Virus record (IMG/VR): IMGVR_UViG_3300030372_004742
Span: 1-33,298 of that record
Reading direction: 5' to 3' (one strand)
Length of the DNA stretch: 33,298 nt
DNA from: a virus
Taxonomy: Duplodnaviria; Caudoviricetes
Shown: one piece after another, positions 17,896 through 25,011 of the stretch
Layout: every line of letters starts with the position of its first letter
How positions within the stretch are numbered: position 1 is the first letter of the stretch
Position numbers and translations under genes: made by a program
The notes under the pieces: generated by a model
The model's database searches: none
What the model was told of the DNA's origin: nothing
Seen by the model: the letters and a program-made list of their open reading frames with translations, nothing else

Positions 17896-18114
17896 AGCAG
17901 CGATATCCTTTACTTCAACTGCGACAACATCCCACACACCGAGACGGGCGCTACTATGGCGCGCATGTTCAACAGCCGAGACGCGGCTATCAAATACGCC
18001 GAACTATCGCGCCAATACATTGACAATACCGAGCGCATCAAGACGAGCAAGCGTACCGTTCGGGTTGAAGGTGCGACGCTGACCGTCTGGGTTGTGACCT
18101 GGCGAAAGCGATAG
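17893..18114 (+). CDS. Early hypothetical protein
   Basis: ATG 17893 after AGGAG; flanked by the two repeat copies. Confidence 0.7.
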   Translation: MSSDILYFNCDNIPHTETGATMARMFNSRDAAIKYAELSRQYIDNTERIKTSKRTVRVEGATLTVWVVTWRKR

Positions 18115-18212
18115 GACTCGCGCACCAGGGATGCGCCGGAGCCTTCACGGGTTCCGGCCTGACCTGGGACCGTGAGCCAGAAACCAGTAACCAAACAGGA
18201 ACCAAGACGATG
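18114..18212 (+). repeat. Structured intergenic element, copy 2
   Basis: ctcgc-gca-ccagg...gccggagcc-ttcacg-ggttccggc...cctgg-gacc-gtgag followed by gaaaccagtaacca-x-a-x-agga. Confidence 0.85.
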
Positions 18213-18515
18213 AAAATCCGAGACCTCACACACCTAATCGAGACTCTTCGCCAGGTATTCGACCACACGAGCGAGCCCTTCGAGATGACCGTCTATCACC
18301 TGGCCCCAGGCGTCACGCTTCAACGGGTCCAGAACAAAGACCTGGCATGGGAGCACCTGAACCCACAGTGCCGAGACGACTGGCAGATATGCGACCGCAC
18401 AGAGCCAGGGGTTGTGCGACGAGTCACCGTGCGAACGTCCACAGGCGAGGCCACGCTAGACACCGTCCTTGCGCAGGCCTTCAAGGCCAGCCCAGACCCA
18501 CAGAACACCCTCTAG
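18210..18515 (+). CDS. Early hypothetical protein
   Basis: 101 aa, AGGA SD inside repeat copy 2. Confidence 0.7.
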   Translation: MKIRDLTHLIETLRQVFDHTSEPFEMTVYHLAPGVTLQRVQNKDLAWEHLNPQCRDDWQICDRTEPGVVRRVTVRTSTGEATLDTVLAQAFKASPDPQNTL

Positions 18516-18595
18516 AACGCATCCTACGCCCTGAAGGCAGGGCATCCTACCAACCAACCAAGCAAAGGCCCGTACGCGGGCAGGGAGGCAGCAAG

Positions 18596-18841
18596 ATGAG
18601 CAGAACGCGGCGATACGTGAGCGAGAGCGAGGTGCGCCAGGTCGCGGACACGGTTTGCAGGTCATGCGACTTCGTGCACCGAGGCGACACGGCGAGACTG
18701 CGGGAGATTGCCCGCGATGAGTTCCGAGAGATGGGCATCGAGCCCACACCCAGCCAGGTGGGCTACGCGGTCAAGTTGGGCCGCGCATCCTACGGCGGGG
18801 TCATCCGGTCCACTAAGGCCGCAATCTACGGGGGGCGATGA
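18596..18841 (+). CDS. Early hypothetical protein
   Basis: ATG 18596 after GGGAGG. Confidence 0.65.
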   Translation: MSRTRRYVSESEVRQVADTVCRSCDFVHRGDTARLREIARDEFREMGIEPTPSQVGYAVKLGRASYGGVIRSTKAAIYGGR

Positions 18842-19056
18842 TGGCTAGGCTAAGCACAGACCGTGAGATTCTTCGCGAGCGCATCTCATGGGCAATCTAC
18901 AAGGCGACCGGGGCGAAGACGCTTATCACCACGCTAGACGCGATTATGGACGCCGTGTGTGGTCCAGAGGAGGCGCGTTGCGAGCACTCCGCGTGCAGTC
19001 AGAACTACATCGACACCGGTGACACCGCGTGCATCAAAGGGGGCAACGATGAGTAG
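18838..19056 (+). CDS. Early hypothetical protein with Cys/His cluster
   Basis: ATGA overlap with the upstream gene; CEHSAC...C may bind metal. Confidence 0.6.
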   Translation: MMARLSTDREILRERISWAIYKATGAKTLITTLDAIMDAVCGPEEARCEHSACSQNYIDTGDTACIKGGNDE

Positions 19057-19333
19057 CAACGACCTGGCACCATTGGGCTGCGTCTTCGATGGCGACAACA
19101 TACAGCGCGACGACGACGTAGCACCGGACAGCTTCAACGACATCGACGCCGTGGCTTTTTGCCTAAGCTACAAAGGGGACGTGTCTGACCTTGGAGCCAA
19201 GGACCGCAAGCACCTGTATGGGTGCGCCATTGCCACCCTGGTGGCTTGCGTGGGCTACGGGGACGATTCGCCCCACGCTCAGCAGCTCGCGTGGGACTTT
19301 CTCAATGGCCTAGAGGGGGCCGACAATGGATAG
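19049..19333 (+). CDS. Early acidic hypothetical protein
   Basis: ATG 19049 after AAGGGGG, coupled to both neighbours. Confidence 0.65.
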   Translation: MSSNDLAPLGCVFDGDNIQRDDDVAPDSFNDIDAVAFCLSYKGDVSDLGAKDRKHLYGCAIATLVACVGYGDDSPHAQQLAWDFLNGLEGADNG

Positions 19334-19529
19334 CCTCATCACAGCCCTAGCCCTGGCCCTGGCTCTGCTCTTCACGAGCAGCGGCCCTGGCCCGGTGGGC
19401 ATCATCGACCACGGGGAGGATGGGGTCTGGGCTCTGGAGTGCGTGTACCCCGACAGCATAGAGCTAATCTACATCACGGGAGACTACCGCGAGGGCGAGC
19501 GCGTGCCCTGCCCTGTCGATTTCCCTTGA
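19326..19529 (+). CDS. Small exported/membrane protein, weakly DUF3006-like
   Basis: Hydrophobic N-terminus LITALALALALLF; IIDHGEDGVWALE...REGERV. Confidence 0.55.
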   Translation: MDSLITALALALALLFTSSGPGPVGIIDHGEDGVWALECVYPDSIELIYITGDYREGERVPCPVDFP

Positions 19530-19553
19530 CACCATCTGACAACCTGGCAGAAT
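19526..19553 (+). promoter_or_regulatory. Putative second early promoter
   Basis: TTGACA 19526-19531, 16 nt spacer, TG-n-CAGAAT. Near-palindrome TGACA-ACC-TGGCA at 19537-19549. Followed by hairpin agagcg/cgctct and a CA-rich leader. Confidence 0.55.
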
Positions 19554-19613
19554 CCGTAATCACAGAGCGGTACAACGCTCTCAACCACTGACCAACCAAC
19601 CAGGAGAATTATT

Positions 19614-19814
19614 GTGGAGAATTCCACCACACCTTCACCGTCTAAGACGGTTCGACTCGCGGCTAAGATGCTGCGCACCCTGCACGCCATGACCAAGGCA
19701 GGCTGCTCGCCCTCCCAGATGGGAGAGGCGATGGGCTACGCCGCGTGCGTCGTTGCGCTGCTCACCCCTGACGAGTGGCGCGCTGCTGTCGCGCTCGCTG
19801 AAGGGGGCGAGTGA
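19614..19814 (+). CDS. Hypothetical protein
   Basis: GTG start after AGGAGA. Confidence 0.65.
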   Translation: MENSTTPSPSKTVRLAAKMLRTLHAMTKAGCSPSQMGEAMGYAACVVALLTPDEWRAAVALAEGGE

Positions 19815-20059
19815 TGCTTGGCAAGTGTGATCACAAACGAGTAGCAGAGACCGTGCTACACCGTGGCGCACGAGGCACCAGCCGCGTGTGCGTGGACGCT
19901 GACGGTGACGGGTTCAGGGTCTACGACACCTGCGACGAGAACCTGACGGAGCCCGGTGCCTCGTGGGACGAGCGCCTGGACACCCTACAGGAAGCCATGA
20001 ACAGCATGATGGTGTGCGCGTACAGCGTGCTTCACTGGGACTCCCTGGGAGGTGAGTGA
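19811..20059 (+). CDS. Hypothetical protein
   Basis: GTGA overlaps at both ends. Confidence 0.6.
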   Translation: MMLGKCDHKRVAETVLHRGARGTSRVCVDADGDGFRVYDTCDENLTEPGASWDERLDTLQEAMNSMMVCAYSVLHWDSLGGE

Positions 20060-20337
20060 TGATTAGCAAGCGTCAATGGCAACGCTGCATGGCGAAGGCC
20101 AAGAACGGCAAGACCCTGCGTGAGTCCATCAACGAGGAGCTCCAGTCCACGGACAAGACCATCAATGATTGCGGGGTGCAGTCTCTGTACGCCACGCGCA
20201 TCGATGGCACCTGGACCGTGTGCATCAACGGCACCTGGACCAGCGGCGGGTACGACGGGCTCTCTGACATCATCAGCATGATTGCCCGCACGCCTATCGC
20301 CTGGGACGAGGAGTACGACCCCAGGAAGGACGGATGA
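20056..20337 (+). CDS. Hypothetical protein
   Basis: GGAGGT SD, coupled ORF. Confidence 0.65.
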   Translation: MMISKRQWQRCMAKAKNGKTLRESINEELQSTDKTINDCGVQSLYATRIDGTWTVCINGTWTSGGYDGLSDIISMIARTPIAWDEEYDPRKDG

Positions 20338-20603
20338 GTAAGAAGGAAGAGCGAGACAAGTCTAACGCCTGCATGGACGCTATGTACGAGCAGGTTGAGG
20401 ACATGAAGTCAGCCGAGGATGCCCTCGACTACCTCATCTGGCTCGCGCTCAACGTCGTAGACAGCGAGCCCAAATGGAAAGAGCCGTGCCTCACACGGGT
20501 CTACGCAAGGGTTTTCTACAGGTTCCACAACCAGGCCTGGGATGACCACCGAGCAAACATCAGCTTCAACAGAAACATCGAACCGAAGGACTCTAAGTCA
20601 TGA
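20334..20603 (+). CDS. Hypothetical protein
   Basis: ATGA overlaps at both ends. Confidence 0.65.
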   Translation: MSKKEERDKSNACMDAMYEQVEDMKSAEDALDYLIWLALNVVDSEPKWKEPCLTRVYARVFYRFHNQAWDDHRANISFNRNIEPKDSKS

Positions 20604-21289
20604 GCATTAGCATCACCACTACCAAAAACTTTGGAACCTCGAGCCTCACAGCCCTCGTGCACGGCCCACCAGGGGCGGGCAAGACCTACGCCGCGCGCAC
20701 CTGTCCCGGCAAGACCCTCGTGGTCAGCGCCGAGGCTGGGCTGCTCTCGCTTCGAGACGTGGACCTGGACGTGGCTACTATCTCCACGTTCTCTGACCTC
20801 AAGCGCGTTTACTTCCTGCTCAACGACGAGGGCCAGCCTTACGAGTGGGTGTACATCGACTCGCTCTCTGAGGTGGCAGAGGTCTGCCTAGCTGAGGAGA
20901 TGGGCAAGACCGCGCACGGCGTGAAGGCTTACGGAGAGATGATGACTGCGGTCATGCGCCTGGTCAAAGCGTTCCGCGACCTGGACGTGAACGTCGTCTT
21001 CACTGCCAAGCAGGGCCGAGACGTGGACCCTGATGGCGTGGCCTACATGGCCCCGGAGCTGCCAGGGAAGAAGCTCAGCACCAAGCTGCCCTACGAGTTC
21101 GACTTGATTGTCGCAGCCGGCACACACACGGACTCCGATGGCAACGTCCATCGGGTGTTCCGTACCACTTCTGGTCAAGGCGTCCTCGCCAAAGACCGGT
21201 CCGGGGCACTCGCCCCACTTGAGCGCCCCAACTGGGGCCGAATTCACAGCAAGATTTCCAACTCAACCACCAATCAAACAGGAGAATAA
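20600..21289 (+). CDS. Sak4-like AAA_24 ATPase (single-strand annealing recombinase)
   Basis: Walker A HGPPGAGKT, SAEAGLLSL, Walker B VYIDSLSE, FRDLDVNVVFTA, AKDRSG; adjacent to the SSB. Confidence 0.88.
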   Translation: MSISITTTKNFGTSSLTALVHGPPGAGKTYAARTCPGKTLVVSAEAGLLSLRDVDLDVATISTFSDLKRVYFLLNDEGQPYEWVYIDSLSEVAEVCLAEEMGKTAHGVKAYGEMMTAVMRLVKAFRDLDVNVVFTAKQGRDVDPDGVAYMAPELPGKKLSTKLPYEFDLIVAAGTHTDSDGNVHRVFRTTSGQGVLAKDRSGALAPLERPNWGRIHSKISNSTTNQTGE

Positions 21290-21290
21290 G

Positions 21291-21767
21291 GTGGCAAGCA
21301 TTAACTTCAACAGCGCAGATGTTCCGCAGGACGACAGCAAAAAGTCCTTCGACCCACTGCCCTCGGGCTGGTACGTCGGGCACATCGTCGAGAGTGAACT
21401 CAAGCAGAACGCCAAGGGGACGGGCAGCTACTTGCAGTTCGTCATCGAGGTGGACACTCCGTCTCACGCTGGCCGTATGCTTTGGGCACGTCACACCTGG
21501 GAGCACCACTCCTCGCCCATCGCGGTCGAGATTGGCCACCGCCAGGTGGCGGCTCTGTGCAACGCCTGCGGTCGCCCGAACATCTCGGACACCGAGGAGC
21601 TTCACGGCACGCAGTTCCGGGTGAAGGTCAAGGAGACCCACCACGAGAAGTACGGCCCCGGCAATGACGTGGTCGACTACGGGCCGGTCAAGGGCGGTGC
21701 GTCGGTGGCTCCGACTCCCGCTGCCGCCCCGGTGTCTGTCGACAACGACGACGACATCCCCTTTTAG
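21291..21767 (+). CDS. DUF669-type single-stranded DNA-binding protein
   Basis: GTG 21291 after AGGAGA; FDPLPSGWY...GTGSYLQF...AGRMLW; acidic SSB tail DDDIPF. Confidence 0.85.
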   Translation: MASINFNSADVPQDDSKKSFDPLPSGWYVGHIVESELKQNAKGTGSYLQFVIEVDTPSHAGRMLWARHTWEHHSSPIAVEIGHRQVAALCNACGRPNISDTEELHGTQFRVKVKETHHEKYGPGNDVVDYGPVKGGASVAPTPAAAPVSVDNDDDIPF

Positions 21768-21822
21768 CCAGAACCACACCCCCACCCCCCTTAAGGGGGT
21801 GGTGGGGTGTGTGTGGTCTTGG
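21768..21822. other. Long imperfect GC-rich inverted repeat after the SSB gene
   Basis: Core ccaccccc-cttaa-gggggtgg at 21782-21802, extended by ccacac/gtgtgg arms; no U-tract. Confidence 0.65.
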
Positions 21823-21831
21823 AGGTCAGTG

Positions 21832-22263
21832 ATGGCGAACTTCATGAACTATTACGATATGCAGCAGCAGCGGCATGACATCGAGCCCGGTCACTACATT
21901 GTCGATGACGTTCACGCGTATCGGACCAGGCCCAACCGAGCCTGCATCGAGGTCACGGTTAATGAGCTCTCCGTCTACCCAGGGTTCTATTGGCGAACCC
22001 CAAGGCTCTACGCACCGCATGAGCCCCTGGTCGATGCGCTCTGGGGATTCGTCAACAGAGACAATCCAAAGGTCAAACGAGGAAGCCTCACCACCAAAGA
22101 CGCATGGGTGGTGGAGCTTGGCAAGAACGGCAAGGTGCTTGGGTTCGCACGCGCCACTGTGGTGTATGGCCTTGGTATGATGCCCTGGGTGCCACGAGGC
22201 GAGCTTCAGGACTACGACGTGTACACCGTCGAGGAGATGCGCCGTAAGGGGCACAGGTATTGA
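21832..22263 (+). CDS. Hypothetical protein
   Basis: Likely start at 21832 (or GTG 21829) after GGAGGT. Confidence 0.65.
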   Translation: MANFMNYYDMQQQRHDIEPGHYIVDDVHAYRTRPNRACIEVTVNELSVYPGFYWRTPRLYAPHEPLVDALWGFVNRDNPKVKRGSLTTKDAWVVELGKNGKVLGFARATVVYGLGMMPWVPRGELQDYDVYTVEEMRRKGHRY

Positions 22264-22478
22264 GCCGGCCTGGTGTCATCATGGACAGGGTGCTCGCTGA
22301 GCTTTACGCACAGGCCCCTGTCGGCCTCACTGTGCTAGAGATAGCGGCTGCAACGGGTGAGAGGCCCAACTCCATATGGAAATCCCTTAGAGCCCTGATT
22401 ACGGAGGGCTGGGTCACGAGACACAAGGGACCGTCACGCATAGGGCGTCGGCGGTTCATCTACCGGGTGGTTGAGTAA
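22260..22478 (+). CDS. Winged-helix DNA-binding protein
   Basis: GLTVLEIAAATGERPNSIWKSLRALITEGWVTR...RRRFIY. Confidence 0.75.
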   Translation: MSRPGVIMDRVLAELYAQAPVGLTVLEIAAATGERPNSIWKSLRALITEGWVTRHKGPSRIGRRRFIYRVVE

Positions 22479-22667
22479 GTGGACGAGCTTGTCGAAATAA
22501 CCCAAGAGATGATGGAGAGCCTTGAGGCGCTAGCCAAGTGGCGAGGCACGTCTGCTCAGGCTGCGCTTCGCATGGCTATAGACGACTGCGTTGCACGCAT
22601 GCACCAGGGCTTGGAGATGCAGGCTAGGCTGGAGAAGGAACACGAGGACCGCTACGGTCCCAGGTAG
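22479..22667 (+). CDS. Possible ribbon-helix-helix protein
   Basis: VEITQEMMESLEALAKWRGTSAQAALRMAI fits the CopG-like pattern. Confidence 0.5.
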   Translation: MDELVEITQEMMESLEALAKWRGTSAQAALRMAIDDCVARMHQGLEMQARLEKEHEDRYGPR

Positions 22668-23047
22668 TGCAGGGCCGCAACGCCAGCGGCTCCGGTCAGA
22701 ACAACACCAGCGGCAAACCACACAGCGGGGTGCTCGTACCAGCCAGGAGGGGGCACCGGGTCAGCCACGAACTCACGGAGTTTGCGCTCCAGGGCCTCGG
22801 CTCTGCGCTTCTGGATGGCCTCTCGCTCACGAAGGGCTGTCTCGGTGACGGCTGCTCGCTTGCGTGTGGCCTCGAGCCCTGCCTCGCAGGACTTGATGTC
22901 CACATCTAGGCACCGCAGCGCCTTCTTAGCAGAGGACTCGCTGACCAGGAGCCCGTCGCATGGAGCGGGTGTGCTGGTGAGCAGCGTGTGGGCCTTGGTG
23001 CAAGGGGCAGAGGTCAGCAGGGCTGCGATGAGCAGGACGGTGGTCAC
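22652..23047 (-). CDS. Exported protein with C-terminal TM helix, spanin-like
   Basis: Signal-like N-terminus, Cys residues, coiled coil, C-terminal WYEHPAVWFAAGVVLTGAAGVAAL. Confidence 0.55.
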   Translation of the reverse strand: MTTVLLIAALLTSAPCTKAHTLLTSTPAPCDGLLVSESSAKKALRCLDVDIKSCEAGLEATRKRAAVTETALREREAIQKRRAEALERKLREFVADPVPPPGWYEHPAVWFAAGVVLTGAAGVAALHYLGP

Positions 23048-23244
23048 GCGCTGCGCGAGCGTCCCGCTGCGGCCATCGCTGCCATCTTGCGCGCGCCGTA
23101 CTTCTTACGTCCGATGTGTGCAGCCAGGGCGTCAGGGTCTTTGACTCCCTTGGCCTTGAGCTTGCTGGACAGGTCCTTAAACCGGTCTCCGCTGCCCAGT
23201 GCTGCCTTGGCTGCGTCGCCTCGTGCTTTCTTCTTACCGTACAT
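23044..23244 (-). CDS. Small basic phage protein
   Basis: AGGAGG SD; RFKDLSSKLKAKGVKDPDALAAHIGRKKYG. Confidence 0.7.
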   Translation of the reverse strand: MYGKKKARGDAAKAALGSGDRFKDLSSKLKAKGVKDPDALAAHIGRKKYGARKMAAMAAAGRSRSA

Positions 23245-23253
23245 GGTGGCCTC

Positions 23254-23562
23254 CTATGCCTTCGTTCGTTTGTGCCCACCTGGCCCAGCCCACAGGGCCT
23301 TGCATGCCCAGTACCTGGCGGTCAGCTTGCTGTTGGCCGTGTCGCAGTTGTGTCGCGCCTTGAAGTTCTTACGCGCACCGGCTGAGTAGTTGTGCTTGTA
23401 GCCCTTGGCCCCGAAGCGAATGAGCTTGGTCTTGTCCCCTTCCTTGGCCATCACCACGGCTTTCTTCTTGGGGTGACCAGGGGTGAGCTTCCACTTATTG
23501 AAGCCCTTGAGCCCCAACTTCTTCATCATGCGCCGTGCGGCTTCTTGCCTTGGGTTGGCCAT
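23254..23562 (-). CDS. Conserved basic phage protein of unknown function
   Basis: KLIRFGAKG...ARKNFKARHNC...KLTARYWACKALW, a motif pattern common in aquatic viruses. Confidence 0.75.
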   Translation of the reverse strand: MANPRQEAARRMMKKLGLKGFNKWKLTPGHPKKKAVVMAKEGDKTKLIRFGAKGYKHNYSAGARKNFKARHNCDTANSKLTARYWACKALWAGPGGHKRTKA

Positions 23563-23873
23563 TACTCGCCCCCCGTGGCCTTGTCCCAGGCCGTAGCCAG
23601 GGAGCCGTCTTCTAGGTTGACCGCTGAGATAGCCTTGGCCGTCTCTGCTAGCTCGGCTCGGAGCACCTTGTGTGCTTCGTCCACCTTCTTGAGCTCCTCT
23701 TCCTGTTTGCTCACCGACTCAGACAGAGACTCAGCCACCTCTGTGGCCTGGGCTGCGATGACCTCAAGGGTGCTGGTCTGCTGCTCAAGCACCTTGGTCT
23801 TGCGCGCGCTCGTGCGCCACAGGGCAAAGAACATGGCTGATGCGCTGACCAGTACGGCGATGAGCCAGTCCAC
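23562..23873 (-). CDS. N-anchored coiled-coil protein, i-spanin-like
   Basis: N-terminal TM helix then heptad-rich helix; directly downstream of the holin-like gene. Confidence 0.55.
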   Translation of the reverse strand: MDWLIAVLVSASAMFFALWRTSARKTKVLEQQTSTLEVIAAQATEVAESLSESVSKQEEELKKVDEAHKVLRAELAETAKAISAVNLEDGSLATAWDKATGGE

Positions 23874-24193
23874 TAGAAGTCCTCTGCGATGTCTGCTGAC
23901 TTCTTCACGCGAGACTTCACGGCAGAGAAGACGTAGGTGGTTAAAGACCCGGCTCCGATGCCGATGATGGCACCGAAGCCGGTATACCCAGCGAGGATAT
24001 ATCCGAAACTCCCTCCCAGGATTACGGACAGGGCTCGCAAGGACGTGCGCCTGAACCTGGTATCAGACAGCACGCTCTCTTTGAGTAGCGTCTTGAATAC
24101 CTGAGTGATGGAGTAACTGGCAAGGGCTGCGATGGAGATAATAATCGTCAGCCTGTCCCAGCTAATCGTCTCGATGGTCAGCGACTCGCTCAT
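23873..24193 (-). CDS. Holin-like membrane protein (paralog of 11663-12076)
   Basis: Start ATG 24193 (ATGA overlap); three hydrophobic segments and a basic tail. Confidence 0.6.
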   Translation of the reverse strand: MSESLTIETISWDRLTIIISIAALASYSITQVFKTLLKESVLSDTRFRRTSLRALSVILGGSFGYILAGYTGFGAIIGIGAGSLTTYVFSAVKSRVKKSADIAEDF

Positions 24194-24432
24194 TGGTTGG
24201 CCTCCACTCTGGTCAGCCTGTCGCCATGACCGTGAAGCTCCTGCCACAGGTCACGCCTCGAGTCCTTGGCTGACTTGACCTCGCGCTGGATGTTGGCCAG
24301 GCGCTCTTCAATCACAGCCAGGTGAGCGTCAATCTTAGACACGCCCGCCTGGAGCTTGGACGCAAACACCCAAACGCTTGCAGCCATAGAGGCCGCGTAC
24401 CCACCGACCTGCACTAGGGCGTCGACCTCCAT
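24190..24432 (-). CDS. TM plus coiled-coil protein, lysis-associated
   Basis: Start ATG 24432; hydrophobic N-terminus, IEERLANIQ...HGDRLTRVE. Confidence 0.6.
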   Translation of the reverse strand: MEVDALVQVGGYAASMAASVWVFASKLQAGVSKIDAHLAVIEERLANIQREVKSAKDSRRDLWQELHGHGDRLTRVEANQ

Positions 24433-24433
24433 C

Positions 24434-24805
24434 TTAGAAGTAGACAGCCACGGCGCACACACCAGCGCACTGGTAGAGCAGCGGGTCAGCCGGCGTGCCA
24501 GAGAAGCCGAGCAGCATCGAGGTGCCAGCAGCAATCTTGATTCCAATACCAGCGCCGCCCTGGGCAGTCCCTCCAATAATAATGTCGTTGCCGCTTGATG
24601 CCGAGATGACAATCGACTTGAACATGGACGGATAGGTGCGGGCAGGCGTGGTCAGGGGGCCTAGCAACGCAATCTGGTCCTGAATAGCGGTAACGAGATT
24701 AGCGCCTGCCCCGCCTGCGGTGGCCAGGTGAACGATGCAGAAGTCTTCTGTGACGACCGGGAAGGAGACGCTCTCGCGCTGTACTTTTCCGACAGGTGTG
24801 CTCAT
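24434..24805 (-). CDS. Hypothetical beta-rich virion protein
   Basis: Start ATG 24805 after GAGGAG; SIVISASSGNDIIIGG...GIKIAAGTS. Confidence 0.55.
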   Translation of the reverse strand: MSTPVGKVQRESVSFPVVTEDFCIVHLATAGGAGANLVTAIQDQIALLGPLTTPARTYPSMFKSIVISASSGNDIIIGGTAQGGAGIGIKIAAGTSMLLGFSGTPADPLLYQCAGVCAVAVYF

Positions 24806-25011
24806 GGTGTTGGCTCCTCTTGCCATGCTGAGGTTTGAACTAGGGCGAGTGCTGCGGCGTGGTCAATCCACCCGTCGACTGGCTCGGTAAATTTGAGGAT
24901 GGCCTGGGTGCCATCCAGCGTGTAGCGGGGCTCGGTGGTGACGCAGGTGGAGCTCTCCATGTGGGAGGCCACCTCGTCAGCAAGGTATACTCTGTAGTGC
25001 AGGTTGTTCAT
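24802..25011 (-). CDS. Small protein coupled to the LamG gene, possible fibre chaperone
   Basis: RYTLDGTQAILKF...HAAALALVQTSAW; ATGA overlap with the LamG gene. Confidence 0.55.
   Translation of the reverse strand: MNNLHYRVYLADEVASHMESSTCVTTEPRYTLDGTQAILKFTEPVDGWIDHAAALALVQTSAWQEEPTP

Noticed and set aside
17800-18212. Repeats considered as a CRISPR array, attC sites or a DGR template/variable pair
   Set aside because: Only two long copies around a full ORF. No cas, integrase or reverse transcriptase gene is present, and the differences are not adenine-specific.
21768-21822. Intrinsic terminator after the SSB gene
   Set aside because: No U-tract on either strand and the 3' arm runs into the next SD, so it is reported only as an inverted repeat.
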